A stretch of DNA of 64,000 nt from Sulfurimonas sp. (lineage in GTDB: Bacteria > Campylobacterota > Campylobacteria > Campylobacterales > Sulfurimonadaceae), in assembly GCA_026996295.1 (NCBI GenBank), contig JALWLL010000064.1:14097-78096 (forward strand), given 5' to 3'. The position numbers and the translations under genes were made by a program. Under the pieces are notes generated by a model, which saw only the letters and a list, made by a program, of their open reading frames with translations, ran no database searches and was not told the origin of the DNA. Below, in pieces: positions 39,370 to 50,086 of the stretch; positions within the stretch are counted from its first letter, which is position 1, and every line of letters starts with the position of its first letter.

Positions 39370-40080
39370 ATGACTTTATACCCGGCAATTGATTTAAAAG
39401 ACGGAAAAGCGGTACGCCTTACAAAGGGGCTTATGGAGAGTGCTAAAATTTATTCAAATGAACCTTATGAATTAGTGAAGAAATTTGAAGAGATGGGTGC
39501 AGAGTGGGTACATCTTGTTGATCTCAACGGTGCTTTTGCGGGAGAGCCAAAGAATCTCGAGCAGATCATAAAAATCAGAAACAACTGTAATGTCAAGCTT
39601 GAACTCGGCGGTGGGATTCGTGATGAGCAAACGATACAAAAAATGCTAGAGATTGGCATAGACAGGATCATACTCGGCTCCATTGCTGTAAAAGATCCTC
39701 AGTTTGTAAAAGATATGGCAGCAAAATATCCCATAGCAGTAGGCATAGATGCTATAGATGGCTATGTAGCGGTTGAGGGTTGGGGTGAAGTGAGCTCTAT
39801 GAAGGCAACAGAGCTTGCCCGTGAGTTCGCAAATGCCGGTGTGGAAGCTATTATCTGTACAGATGTCGGCAAAGACGGAACCCTCAGTGGTGTGAATGTT
39901 GCGTTTACTTTAGATATTGCAAGAGCCAGTGGAGTAGCAACCATCGCCAGTGGTGGTGTGAAAGATGAGAGTGATATTGAAGCGCTCATAGCTACGCATG
40001 AGGTTGATGGCGTTATCATTGGCAAAGCGTACTACGAAGGGACGCTTGACTTAGCCAAAATGTTTAAAATAATAGATTAA
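39370..40080 (+). CDS. hisA: ProFAR isomerase
   Basis: Motifs include [21 protein letters not shown] and SGGV..DI. Confidence 0.95.
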   Translation: MTLYPAIDLKDGKAVRLTKGLMESAKIYSNEPYELVKKFEEMGAEWVHLVDLNGAFAGEPKNLEQIIKIRNNCNVKLELGGGIRDEQTIQKMLEIGIDRIILGSIAVKDPQFVKDMAAKYPIAVGIDAIDGYVAVEGWGEVSSMKATELAREFANAGVEAIICTDVGKDGTLSGVNVAFTLDIARASGVATIASGGVKDESDIEALIATHEVDGVIIGKAYYEGTLDLAKMFKIID

Positions 40081-40152
40081 TAGTAAAAAAAACAAAATTT
40101 TGATACTATTAGTCATAAATTTTGCAAAATATATTTTTTAAAAGGATTTCAA

Positions 40153-40527
40153 TTGAAATTACTTGTTGTTGATGATAGCTCTACAATGCGTCGTATTATT
40201 AAAAATACTTTGGCTCGTCTTGGTTACAAGGATGTTTTAGAAGGGGCTGACGGTGTTGAGGGGTGGAATGTGATAGATGCCAACCCTGATGTTGAGATGT
40301 TGATTACTGACTGGAATATGCCTGAGATGAATGGTCTTGAGCTTGTAAAAAAAGTTCGTGGGGATGAGCGTTTTAAAGATCTTCCAATTATTATGGTTAC
40401 GACAGAAGGTGGAAAAGCAGAGGTTATCACTGCACTCAAAGCGGGTGTGAACAACTATATTGTCAAACCATTTACTCCTCAGGTTCTTAAAGAGAAACTT
40501 GGTGCTGTAATGGGCGTTTCCGGTTAA
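40153..40527 (+). CDS. cheY: Chemotaxis response regulator CheY
   Basis: An AAAGGA RBS is followed by a TTG start. Motifs are LLVVDDSSTMRRI, ITDWNMPEMNG, MVTTEG and NYIVKPF. Confidence 0.93.
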   Translation: MKLLVVDDSSTMRRIIKNTLARLGYKDVLEGADGVEGWNVIDANPDVEMLITDWNMPEMNGLELVKKVRGDERFKDLPIIMVTTEGGKAEVITALKAGVNNYIVKPFTPQVLKEKLGAVMGVSG

Positions 40528-41354
40528 TGCAAGAACACTATTTTGAGTTAGTTGTTAAAGTTTCATCTCATCATGAGTTGTATGCTGACTTTTTAAGTGA
40601 TACTTTGCCCATCGGATTTGAAGAATCTGATGATGGGTTTATTATAAGAAGTGAAGATGAGCTTGACACTATTGTGTGGGGGTTGGAGCAGTTTAATGAA
40701 GCATTACAAAAGGCTCTTGGTGAAGTGATAGAGCTTGAATGTGTTCAGAAAAAACTGAAAAACAGCGATTGGGTGAAGGTGTATCAAGAGAGCATTGAGC
40801 CTCTAGTTATTGAAAAATTTTACATACATCCGCTGTGGGATGAACCCAGAGAAGATCTTATCAGTATCGCTATTAACCCTGCACTTGCTTTTGGAACGGG
40901 GCATCATCCAACAACATCCTCATCACTCAAAGCTATCTCAAAGTATGTAAAAAAGGGAGACACTCTTTTAGATGTGGGCTGTGGAAGCGGTATCCTCGCT
41001 ATTGGTGCTTTAAAGCTCGGTGGGGTCGTTGATGCCTGTGATACCGATAAAGTTTCGGTAGATAACGCAAAAGAAAATGCCCGGATGAATGGTGTAGAGT
41101 TCCGTGATATCTGGGAAGGTTCATGTTCTGTTACAAACAAAAAGTATAATGTGGTTGTTGCAAATATTGTAGCCGATGTATTGACCTTTATTGCCAATGA
41201 TCTCATGAGAGCATTGGAAGATGATGGTATTTTAATCCTCTCGGGTATTTTAGACAAATATGAAGAAAAAGTTTTGAACTTTTACAAAGATTGTGAAATA
41301 ATTCAAAGAATTGCCCAAGATGAATGGGTAACATTAATTTTAAAAAGAAAGTAG
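40527..41354 (+). CDS. prmA: Ribosomal protein L11 methyltransferase
   Basis: TAATG overlap with cheY. Motifs are AFGTGHHPTT and the SAM-binding loop LDVGCGSGILA. Confidence 0.92.
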   Translation: MQEHYFELVVKVSSHHELYADFLSDTLPIGFEESDDGFIIRSEDELDTIVWGLEQFNEALQKALGEVIELECVQKKLKNSDWVKVYQESIEPLVIEKFYIHPLWDEPREDLISIAINPALAFGTGHHPTTSSSLKAISKYVKKGDTLLDVGCGSGILAIGALKLGGVVDACDTDKVSVDNAKENARMNGVEFRDIWEGSCSVTNKKYNVVVANIVADVLTFIANDLMRALEDDGILILSGILDKYEEKVLNFYKDCEIIQRIAQDEWVTLILKRK

Positions 41355-41368
41355 GAAAAACAAACAGT

Positions 41369-43357
41369 ATGTCAAAAAATGAATCAAATAATAATGACAA
41401 TAATAACTTCTTTAATAAAAATCCACTGGTAACATTTGCGATTTTTTCTGTAGTGATCATTTTGGTGTTCAAAGCACTCGTGGGTGATGGAGCCGGACTG
41501 CAAAGCAGTGGAGCTACGGCTGCTAAAAGAACACAGCAGGTAAGTTACTCAGAACTAAAGAGTCTTATAAAATCAAAAAGTATTTCCAAAGTAGATATAG
41601 GTCAAACCTATATAAAAGCACTCTCAAGTGACGGTTCAAAACTTTATACGACAAGAATCATAAAAGGTGATACGGAACTCATTAAAGAACTCGATAAACA
41701 AGGGATTGACTACACAGGTTTTAGTGAAACAAACTGGTTTACGGAGATGTTTGGGTGGCTGTTTCCTTTCTTGATTATCATAGCTATCTGGATGTTTTTT
41801 GCCGGACGTATGCAAAAAAACATGGGTGGTGGTATTCTTGGTATGGGGAACTCCAAAAAGATGATCAACTCAGAAAAACCTAAAACAAAGTTTGATGACG
41901 TTGCAGGTGTTGAAGAGGCAAAAGAGGAAGTTCAGGAGATAGTTGACTTCTTAAAATATCCGGGTCGCTATGTAGAGATTGGAGCTAAAATACCTAAGGG
42001 TGTGCTTTTGGTCGGTAGTCCCGGTACCGGTAAAACACTTCTTGCCAAAGCAGTTGCAGGGGAAGCTGATGTTCCTTTTTTCTCAGTATCAGGTTCAAGC
42101 TTCATAGAGATGTTTGTCGGTGTGGGTGCTGCTCGTGTAAGAGATCTGTTTGAACAGGCTAAAAAAGATGCTCCAAGTATTATCTTTATCGATGAGATCG
42201 ATGCTATCGGTAAAAGTCGTGCTGCAAACGGCATGATGGGTGGTAATGATGAGCGTGAACAAACGCTCAACCAATTACTGGCAGAGATGGACGGTTTTGG
42301 TACTGACACACCGGTTATTATTTTAGCTGCAACAAACAGACCGGAGATTTTAGATCAGGCACTTATGAGACCGGGACGTTTCGACAGACAAGTTCTTGTG
42401 GACAAACCCGATTTTGAAGGTCGTATCAAAATACTGAAAGTGCATATGAAGAATGTTAAAATGGACAAAGATGTAGAGATCGAAGAGATCGCTCGTCTTA
42501 CAGCAGGGCTTGCGGGAGCCGATCTGGCAAACGTTGTGAATGAAGCAGCACTTCTTGCGGGTCGTAAAAGCCAAAAAACAGTGAAGCAAAAAGATCTGTT
42601 TGAATCGGTTGAACGTGCTATTGCCGGACTTGCTAAAAAATCTCGCAGGATTAATCCTAAAGAGAAACGCATCGTTGCGTATCATGAGAGTGGCCATGCG
42701 TTACTTGCCGAGACGACCGAAGGTGCGAAAAAAGTTTCAAAAGTCTCTATTGTTCCTCGTGGACTAGCGGCTCTTGGATATACACTGAACAAACCCGAAG
42801 AAGATAAGTTTATGATGCAACAACATGAGCTTTGGGCGGAAGTAGATGTACTCCTTGGCGGACGTGCTGCTGAAAAGGTTTTTATCGGTGAAATCTCTAC
42901 CGGTGCAGGAAATGATCTGGAACGTGCGACAGATATCATTAAATCTATGGTACAAACTTATGGTATGAGTGATGTGGCAGGCCTGATGGTTTTAGAAAAA
43001 AGCAGACAGTCATTCCTTGGTGGTGGTGCTCAAGCTACACGTGAGTACAGTGATAAAATGGCTGAGGATATGGATGCATTTATAAAAGCCTCTTTGGAGG
43101 AGCGCTATAATGCAGTTGTAGCACGTCTTGAAGAGTATAGAGGCGCTATAGAAGATATGGTTGCCCTTTTATACAAAAAAGAAAATATCACCGGCGAAGA
43201 GGTAAGGGAGATCATCATTAGATTTGAAGAAGCTAATGGAATGGAGTCTAAAGTTTCAGAAGTTGTTGATGATATAGAAGAGGAACTCAAACAAGATGCT
43301 AAAATGGCAAAAGATGAGCAAGCAAAACACAATAGTGAGCAAAGTGATGAGAAATAA
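41369..43357 (+). CDS. ftsH: ATP-dependent zinc metalloprotease FtsH
   Basis: The ATG at 41369 follows AGGAAA. It has two TM segments, an AAA Walker A (GSPGTGKT), an SRH region and the zinc site HESGHAL. Confidence 0.97.
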   Translation: MSKNESNNNDNNNFFNKNPLVTFAIFSVVIILVFKALVGDGAGLQSSGATAAKRTQQVSYSELKSLIKSKSISKVDIGQTYIKALSSDGSKLYTTRIIKGDTELIKELDKQGIDYTGFSETNWFTEMFGWLFPFLIIIAIWMFFAGRMQKNMGGGILGMGNSKKMINSEKPKTKFDDVAGVEEAKEEVQEIVDFLKYPGRYVEIGAKIPKGVLLVGSPGTGKTLLAKAVAGEADVPFFSVSGSSFIEMFVGVGAARVRDLFEQAKKDAPSIIFIDEIDAIGKSRAANGMMGGNDEREQTLNQLLAEMDGFGTDTPVIILAATNRPEILDQALMRPGRFDRQVLVDKPDFEGRIKILKVHMKNVKMDKDVEIEEIARLTAGLAGADLANVVNEAALLAGRKSQKTVKQKDLFESVERAIAGLAKKSRRINPKEKRIVAYHESGHALLAETTEGAKKVSKVSIVPRGLAALGYTLNKPEEDKFMMQQHELWAEVDVLLGGRAAEKVFIGEISTGAGNDLERATDIIKSMVQTYGMSDVAGLMVLEKSRQSFLGGGAQATREYSDKMAEDMDAFIKASLEERYNAVVARLEEYRGAIEDMVALLYKKENITGEEVREIIIRFEEANGMESKVSEVVDDIEEELKQDAKMAKDEQAKHNSEQSDEK

Positions 43358-43979
43358 CCTTTTTCCTATAGCAAAAGAGGGCTGGAGCTATCTAGGATAT
43401 GCTTTTGTGGCATTTATACTTTTTGCCATCTTTGATCTGGATCTTTTAGAGCTTTTGGCATTTGCGGCGTTACTCGCTTTTGCTTTTGTATTTAGAAACC
43501 CAGAAAGAGTACTACCCGTCTTTGAAAAAGGAAGTGTTGTTAGCCCGGTTGACGGTGTTGTTGTTGCCATAGAGGAGTTGCATGAGAGCCAATATGCGTA
43601 TAAAGTAGAGATCGAAGGCTCTTACAGGGATGTAGCTATATTAAGAGTTCCTTTGACATCAGAGGTACTTTCTTTTAAAGTTACAAGAGGGACAAGGCTT
43701 CCTAAACAGAATCAACTCAGCCGCATTTTAAATGAAAATGCAGAGGTTGTTTTTCAAGATCACAACGCAAATACCATCAAGATCACACACAGAGCAAAAC
43801 AGAGCTTTGATCCAATAAAGTTCGATATGTTTGTGACTCAGAAGTTTGCTCAAGGGAGTCGTTACGGTACGGCTCTCAATGCTACGACCCTTCTTTATCT
43901 ACCGCAAAATTTCAGACTCAATATCAATGTAGGGACACAAGTAAAAGCTTCTGAGACTTTGATAGGATATTTTTCATAG
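43347..43979 (+). CDS. Phosphatidylserine decarboxylase-related protein (short, Asd-type)
   Basis: The preferred ATG at 43347 overlaps the ftsH 3' end by 11 nt. It has two N-terminal TM segments and a GSR self-cleavage-type motif (FAQGSRYG...LYLP). It lies between ftsH and pssA, as I recall for Campylobacter. Confidence 0.65.
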   Translation: MRNNLFPIAKEGWSYLGYAFVAFILFAIFDLDLLELLAFAALLAFAFVFRNPERVLPVFEKGSVVSPVDGVVVAIEELHESQYAYKVEIEGSYRDVAILRVPLTSEVLSFKVTRGTRLPKQNQLSRILNENAEVVFQDHNANTIKITHRAKQSFDPIKFDMFVTQKFAQGSRYGTALNATTLLYLPQNFRLNINVGTQVKASETLIGYFS

Positions 43980-43980
43980 T

Positions 43981-44700
43981 ATGAGAACAAAACCGGCAAA
44001 TCTGATCTATATTTTGCCAAATCTTTTTACAGCCGCTTCTATATTTTCCGGTATTTTTAGTATGATAAGTGCAGTAAACGGAGAGTTCTCAAAAGCTGCC
44101 TGGCTTATTATGCTTGCTCTTGTATTTGATGGGCTTGATGGTAGAGTTGCCCGGCTTACAAACACATGTTCCAAGTTTGGTGTTGAGTTTGACTCTTTAG
44201 CGGATATGGTCGCTTTTGGGGTAGCACCTGCACTTTTGAGCTACCTTTTTGTAGGGTATGAATTTGGCAGACTCGGGATAGTTGTAGCCGCACTTTTTGT
44301 GATCTTTGGAGCGATTCGATTAGCAAGGTTCAATGTTATGACGGCACAAACAGAACCTTCTGTCTTTATAGGTGTACCCATTCCGACTGCGGCTGTGTTT
44401 ATCTCTTTGATGGTTTTATTGTTTGAGAAGTACGGTTTTGAGGAGAACTTTGGTGCAGTGATCTTGATATTTTCTATTATGGTTTCATTGCTGATGGTGA
44501 GCAATATACGCTATCCGAGCTTTAAAAAGATAGACTACAGACCAAAACATGCCATGAGGCTGTTTGTCTTTATCTTGTTTATATTACTTATAATCTTTGT
44601 GTTTCCTGTTGAAGGTTTTTTTCTACTGTTTATAGCATATATTCTTTATGGACCTTTAAGAGCGACTCTTCTACTCTCAAGATATTTACAAAAGAGATAA
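43981..44700 (+). CDS. pssA: CDP-diacylglycerol--serine O-phosphatidyltransferase
   Basis: The CDP-alcohol phosphotransferase motif is DGLDGRVAR...GVEFDSLADMVAFGVAP. Confidence 0.93.
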   Translation: MRTKPANLIYILPNLFTAASIFSGIFSMISAVNGEFSKAAWLIMLALVFDGLDGRVARLTNTCSKFGVEFDSLADMVAFGVAPALLSYLFVGYEFGRLGIVVAALFVIFGAIRLARFNVMTAQTEPSVFIGVPIPTAAVFISLMVLLFEKYGFEENFGAVILIFSIMVSLLMVSNIRYPSFKKIDYRPKHAMRLFVFILFILLIIFVFPVEGFFLLFIAYILYGPLRATLLLSRYLQKR

Positions 44701-47037
44701 TTACTTTTCGTTGTGTTGCTTTTGAAACAGCAGTAGATCTGTGTTGATCTCAAAGTCAAAAAATTCAGAGTTAAATCCGTTGTCTCCCACTCTTTTGAGT
44801 TGTATCGCGGCTCCTTGGTTGTTTTTGTCCTCTAAGTAGAGCAGACCAAGAGCGTAACGACTCTCTACAAAATTTGTGTCTTTCATTTTTGAGAGTTCCA
44901 AGAGCGCTATGGCATTGGCATGATGTTGTGCGGCTGTGGAAGCTACAGCACCCAAAAAGAGAGTATAGGCGTCACGCACCTTCAAATCATCTATAAGCTG
45001 GTTAAACAGTGTGTAGGATTCTTCAAAATCTTTGCCATACAAGCAGGTAAGTGCAAGTGCGGAGGTAAGCTCTTCGGGATTCTCTTTCGTTGTTTGCAGC
45101 ACATCAGTTAATTGTTTTTTTAAGAAGTAAAGTTTTCCTGTTATAAGGTTTTGTTGTATATAGAGGTAGCGTGTGATGTAAGCTCCATAGTAAAGATCCT
45201 GAAAATGAAAGTGCTGTTTTTTGAGATAGTTTTGTACTTTTTTAGCATACTCTTTTGTCTTGAGATCATTAAAATAGGCATCAATATACATAAGATGTGG
45301 CAGTATATCATTGGCTTGCAAGAGGGTCAGCTTTTTAGCCGCTTTTTTAGCTGTATCCTGCTTGTTTAACTGGAGTGCTATTAAGATCTCCATTGCAAGA
45401 TAGATGGGTCTTTGTTTATAGTTATGATCAAGCCATTCCACAGCAGAAAGGTAGTTCCCCTCGCTCATAAAAAGAAGCGTTTTATAAAACTCTTTCTCTT
45501 GGCTTTCCTCTTCATCTAAAACAGACTCTTTAATTATAGATCTGAGCTTGATACTGTTTTTGTTGATAAGCTCTCCACTCATTAGTGCAAAAATACCGGA
45601 GAGGTAGTTCTTTGCATCAAGATGGTATGAGCGCAAGAAGTGTTTGTGTGCATTGAGCATATCACCTAGTTGTGCATAGGTGAGTGCAAGGTCGTAATGC
45701 AGTATCGAGTGTTTTGGTTGGATCTTTACCAGATTTTGAAGCTCTTGGTTGGCTTCTCTTATTTTAAAGGCAAGGGCTTTTTTGATACTCTTTGCGATGC
45801 CTTGATTTACGCTAGAGGAGGAGGAGCTTTTTTTTAGATATTCTTGAGCACCTTGGATATTGTCTATATAAATATTTGCTGTTCCTTTTCGGATATAGCT
45901 GATGGTTTGATCGGCATTGAATACTTTATAGGGTGAGAAGTAAAAAAGTTTTTGGTAGATAACCTTTTTTGTGTGCTGTGTTACATTTTTATATCTGTAC
46001 TGCGCCTTATCAGGATCAAACAAAGAGTCTTTGAGTTTTACCTTGATAGGGTAGGGCTTATACACCTCTTCTTCAAACATATCCGTAATATTTTGTATAT
46101 CTTTTCCCGCACTCGTAATCCGACCTGCTTGAAGATTGACAAAGGCAAGTGCAAGTGTGGCTTTTACAGGCTCTATCTCTCTGAGTATCGCATCTTCCAA
46201 GTGTGACCTTGCGAGGCTGAGATCACCTACTCTTGCATAAAGCAAACCGAGGCTAAATGTGTCTTGATGGGAGTAGTTTTCCTCAAGGTTCTCTATGGCA
46301 TCGTAGTTATTACAAAAAAGAGCATTGATCTTGGCACTTAAGTGTTTTTGAGTACTTGGGTACTCTTTGGAAGTTGGGTTTTTCAGTGCACTGAGTGCTT
46401 CGAGATAGTTTTGGTTGTAGTAGTTTATGAGTGTGTAGTAATAAGAGTAGAGTGGAGAGTTTATCTCATTTGGCAGGTAGGCATAAGCCAGATCGATGTA
46501 GTACTTAAAACTTTCTTTATCATCAAGATGCAGGGAACAAACAGCAGCGTTGATGGCACTGACACATCTCTTTTCGTCGTTTTGTATCGCTTTTTGAAAT
46601 GTTTGAAGAGCCAGGGCATATTGCTTGCCTTTGAGTTGAGCAACTCCAAGGTTGTACTGAGAGATCGCTTCACTGTAGATGGCTATTTTTTCATACAGAT
46701 AGAGAGCTTCCTCTTTTGACCCGTTGGTATAGAGGTAGTTTGCTTTTGCTATCATTTTTTCAAGTTTACTTGGTTCTATAGGTTTGGAGGTGTTTTTATC
46801 AAGCTTTTTTTCTATGGTGTTGATGGAGATCACCTCTTGCTCTTTGGAGGCTTTAAAAGCAAATAATGCGGCAACAACGACACCAATCAGAACAACAAGT
46901 AAAACAGCTGAGATGATGATAAGCTTTTTTTGAGAAAGCCCCTCTTTTTTTGGTTTTGTGTTATTGGCAGAGCCATCATCAAAGCCGGCTGCTTCACTGT
47001 CTTCAATGATGATAATATCTTCTTGAACCTCTGCCAT
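44701..47037 (-). CDS. Large TPR-repeat protein with an acidic N-terminus and a single TM anchor
   Basis: The ATG at 47037 follows AAGGTAGG. The TM segment is LIIISAVLLVVLIGVVVAALFAF. The remainder has many Ala/Tyr/Leu-patterned 34-aa repeats. No catalytic motif was recognised. Confidence 0.6.
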   Translation of the reverse strand: MAEVQEDIIIIEDSEAAGFDDGSANNTKPKKEGLSQKKLIIISAVLLVVLIGVVVAALFAFKASKEQEVISINTIEKKLDKNTSKPIEPSKLEKMIAKANYLYTNGSKEEALYLYEKIAIYSEAISQYNLGVAQLKGKQYALALQTFQKAIQNDEKRCVSAINAAVCSLHLDDKESFKYYIDLAYAYLPNEINSPLYSYYYTLINYYNQNYLEALSALKNPTSKEYPSTQKHLSAKINALFCNNYDAIENLEENYSHQDTFSLGLLYARVGDLSLARSHLEDAILREIEPVKATLALAFVNLQAGRITSAGKDIQNITDMFEEEVYKPYPIKVKLKDSLFDPDKAQYRYKNVTQHTKKVIYQKLFYFSPYKVFNADQTISYIRKGTANIYIDNIQGAQEYLKKSSSSSSVNQGIAKSIKKALAFKIREANQELQNLVKIQPKHSILHYDLALTYAQLGDMLNAHKHFLRSYHLDAKNYLSGIFALMSGELINKNSIKLRSIIKESVLDEEESQEKEFYKTLLFMSEGNYLSAVEWLDHNYKQRPIYLAMEILIALQLNKQDTAKKAAKKLTLLQANDILPHLMYIDAYFNDLKTKEYAKKVQNYLKKQHFHFQDLYYGAYITRYLYIQQNLITGKLYFLKKQLTDVLQTTKENPEELTSALALTCLYGKDFEESYTLFNQLIDDLKVRDAYTLFLGAVASTAAQHHANAIALLELSKMKDTNFVESRYALGLLYLEDKNNQGAAIQLKRVGDNGFNSEFFDFEINTDLLLFQKQHNEK

Positions 47038-47092
47038 CAACCTACCTTACTAGAATTGTAGATATATTAGCAAAAAAAGTACCAAAAAAGGC

Positions 47093-47800
47093 TTATTTTA
47101 CAGCGCTAACATCTTCAAAGACTGTTTTTTTATTTTCTATCTTCATTATTTTGTCACAATAGGGTAAAACACGCTCATCATGCGTAACCATAACGATAGC
47201 GACATCTTGTTCTTTTGCTATTTTTTTTAGCATTTTAACAACATCGATAGATCGTGCAGAATCAAGGGCTGCGGTGGGTTCATCTGCTAAAATGATCTCA
47301 GGGTCATTGACCAAGGCTCTTGCTATGGCAACCCTTTGGTTTTGACCACCTGAAAGCTGCGAAGGCATCGCTTTTTCTTTTTCTGCAATATCAAAATATT
47401 TGAGAAGTTCTCTTGCTTTTGTTTTAGCAACTTTTTCATCTACCTTGTTGGCTTGGGGGAGCAGTACAAGATTGTCAATAACATTTAAAAAAGGGATAAG
47501 GTAGTGTGCCTGAAAAATAAAACCAAGCTTCTCCCTTCTTATCTTTCGTGTCGTTTTTGTCAGCCATTTGTTATCATATACTTTTTCATCACCTATCCAG
47601 ATTTTTCCGCTAACGGGTGTATCAACACATCCAATCATCATCAAAAGAGTTGTTTTTCCGGCTCCACTTGGGGCGACAAGGGCAACAAGTTCTCCTTTAT
47701 AGATAGTAAATGATGCATCATGAATAACATCTACAAAGGTATCGCCACTTCCAAAAGATTTGTTGAGATTTTCCACTTTTATAGCTTGTTGTGCACTCAT
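47093..47800 (-). CDS. ABC transporter ATP-binding protein (MacB/LolD/DevA-like)
   Basis: The ATG at 47800 lies 1 nt after the permease stop. Walker A is APSGAGKTT, the signature is LSGGQNQR, and Walker B is ILADEPT. Confidence 0.92.
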   Translation of the reverse strand: MSAQQAIKVENLNKSFGSGDTFVDVIHDASFTIYKGELVALVAPSGAGKTTLLMMIGCVDTPVSGKIWIGDEKVYDNKWLTKTTRKIRREKLGFIFQAHYLIPFLNVIDNLVLLPQANKVDEKVAKTKARELLKYFDIAEKEKAMPSQLSGGQNQRVAIARALVNDPEIILADEPTAALDSARSIDVVKMLKKIAKEQDVAIVMVTHDERVLPYCDKIMKIENKKTVFEDVSAVK

Positions 47801-47801
47801 G

Positions 47802-48947
47802 CTAGCCTCCAATTGCTGCAGTCGGATCTGCATTGATAACTTTTTTCACACCTATAAATGACGCCAAAATGGATGCGATGATGATTATTGTAAAGAGCAT
47901 CCATGCATCTGGAATCTCCAAGACGACCCGTTTTGGAAATTTTGAGTAGATAAGATGTGAGAAAATATTTCCAAAAATAAAGGCAAATATTCCAAGTAGA
48001 AGGGTTTCTTCCACTATCATTTTGATAATCGTGCTGTTTGGAAGTCCTATAAGCTTCATTATAGAGATCTCTTTCATCTTTTCAAGTGTCATCGTATAAA
48101 TGATAAGGGCTATGATGATAGTAGAAACAAGTATGAGTATGGCAGTAAAGAGCCCTATCTGTTTAGAGGCTTTTTCTATCAGGTTTCTCGTTAAAACTAT
48201 TTTTTGCTCCTCTTTTGTATAAACACTTTTATGGTGCCATTTTTGTATTGTGTCTGCTATTTCATCGATAGAGTAACCATCTTTTACAGTAGCAATGACA
48301 GCATTGACCATATGAGAGTCCTTGTTATAAATACCCCGTGCCCTATCACTGTAGATCCGTTTGTTGGAGTAGGAAAACTGTAACTCTTGCGCATCTTTGA
48401 GACTGATATATACCAAAGAATCACCACCTGAAGAGACCGCACCGTGTGTGATACCGACAACAGTGTAGTAGTGTCTGCTGAGTTTTATTTTGTCATAAAG
48501 TTTAAAACCTGTTTTTTCCTCAACTACGATCTCATAGTGATCATGTTTTAGCGTTCTTCCGGCTATAAGTCTTTGTGGATTGATTGGATTGATCTCACCA
48601 AAAATATCATAGCCGACAGCCATCACTCTTACTTTTTTGTCTGCTCTTGGAAGTTGAATGTTTTGAAATGTGATCGCTTCACTTTTGTCAATACCCTCAA
48701 TAGCCTTAATAGTGTTTTTAAGGTCTTCATGTACTCGAGAAGACTCGGCAAAAGGCCCAAGTGTATCCTCTTGGACGATCCAAATATCTACATCCAGATC
48801 ATCAAGTAGTACTTCGGCATCTACGATCATCCCTCTGTAAACACCAATCATGATCAAAACGATTCCAAGAAGCATACCCACACCCATGGCTGTCACAATG
48901 AACTTTCCAAAAGTGTGCTTGATATCTTCTTTTGCTAAATGGATCAT
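47802..48947 (-). CDS. ABC transporter permease (MacB periplasmic core plus FtsX domain, DevC-like)
   Basis: TM1 is followed by a periplasmic domain of about 220 aa and three C-terminal TM segments, the topology typical of FtsX/MacB-type permeases. Confidence 0.8.
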   Translation of the reverse strand: MIHLAKEDIKHTFGKFIVTAMGVGMLLGIVLIMIGVYRGMIVDAEVLLDDLDVDIWIVQEDTLGPFAESSRVHEDLKNTIKAIEGIDKSEAITFQNIQLPRADKKVRVMAVGYDIFGEINPINPQRLIAGRTLKHDHYEIVVEEKTGFKLYDKIKLSRHYYTVVGITHGAVSSGGDSLVYISLKDAQELQFSYSNKRIYSDRARGIYNKDSHMVNAVIATVKDGYSIDEIADTIQKWHHKSVYTKEEQKIVLTRNLIEKASKQIGLFTAILILVSTIIIALIIYTMTLEKMKEISIMKLIGLPNSTIIKMIVEETLLLGIFAFIFGNIFSHLIYSKFPKRVVLEIPDAWMLFTIIIIASILASFIGVKKVINADPTAAIGG

Positions 48948-50086
48948 AGGTTTATTTTCATCCCTTCTTTTAAAGGTTTTTTCTTAGGATCAGGGATCAC
49001 TATTTTCATATGCTCCTCTAGGTTTGAAATGGCGATTTCATCATCATTTTGGGCAATTTTTTCAACAAAGACGAAAGAGACATGCATATCTTTAACTACC
49101 CACACCCCTATTTTGCCGTTTTGTTGATCGATCGCTTGCAGTGGAAGTTTGAGTACATCATCATGTGTTTGTGTTGCAATGTTAACCTCCACTTGCTCAT
49201 CTATGTAAAAAGGGGTAGGTATCTTGACAAAGGCAACATCTATCTCTTTCTCTAAGGTAACGGCATCGATAACAGGAGATATCTTTTTTACGATCCCTTC
49301 AAAGGTCTCATTTTGATGAGAACTGAGTTTTATGGTAGCTCTTTGTCCAACTTTAATGTTGGAGCTTACCCTTTCATCTACCATGCTTTTAGCCCATAGT
49401 GTTTTTGGATCGACTATTTTGAGTATGGGTGTTGTTGGAAGTACATTTTGGGCTATCTGGGCTATTTTTGAGATCACATAGCCATCCACAGGTGCATATA
49501 CCTTGAGATACTGTAGTTTTGTTTTGATAGCATCTATGTTTTTTTGAGAAAGAAGAAGCTGTGCTTTTGCTGAGTTAATGTGGGAGTGTGAAACAAGCAG
49601 CGTAGCCTCAATACTTTGCAAATCAGAAAGAGCTTTGTCATATTCCGATTGTGAAACAAAGCCTTTTTCATGAAGTTTTTTATAGCGATCGTAGGTTTTT
49701 TGTATCAGTTCTTTTTGTGCAAGTTGATTTTTAAGTTCATTTTGAGAAGCTTGAAGTTCATATTGTGCTCTTGTGTAACTTGCTTTTGCGATCTCAAGCT
49801 GATCGGGAAGATCGACACCATCCATCACTATGAGAAGATCACCTTTTTTGACCCATTTGCCCTCATCAGTTAAAATATTGAGTATTTTGCCTCCGCTTTG
49901 CGCTGTGATAGTGTAGATATCCTCCGCATCAACATTGCCTATGCCCCGCACATACACATCAATCTTTCCTTTTGTAGGGGAAACAGTTGTGTAGGTTGTT
50001 TTTGGAATATATACATTTTTGTAAAACAAGCCACCTAGTAGAAGCACAATGACTGCCGTAAGTAGATATTTTAATAGTGTGTTCAT
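48944..50086 (-). CDS. Periplasmic adaptor subunit (HlyD/MFP family)
   Basis: An N-terminal anchor is followed by a lipoyl-like hairpin (VKKGDLLIVMD), a long coiled coil and a beta-barrel domain. It overlaps both flanking genes by 4 nt. Confidence 0.88.
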   Translation of the reverse strand: MNTLLKYLLTAVIVLLLGGLFYKNVYIPKTTYTTVSPTKGKIDVYVRGIGNVDAEDIYTITAQSGGKILNILTDEGKWVKKGDLLIVMDGVDLPDQLEIAKASYTRAQYELQASQNELKNQLAQKELIQKTYDRYKKLHEKGFVSQSEYDKALSDLQSIEATLLVSHSHINSAKAQLLLSQKNIDAIKTKLQYLKVYAPVDGYVISKIAQIAQNVLPTTPILKIVDPKTLWAKSMVDERVSSNIKVGQRATIKLSSHQNETFEGIVKKISPVIDAVTLEKEIDVAFVKIPTPFYIDEQVEVNIATQTHDDVLKLPLQAIDQQNGKIGVWVVKDMHVSFVFVEKIAQNDDEIAISNLEEHMKIVIPDPKKKPLKEGMKINL

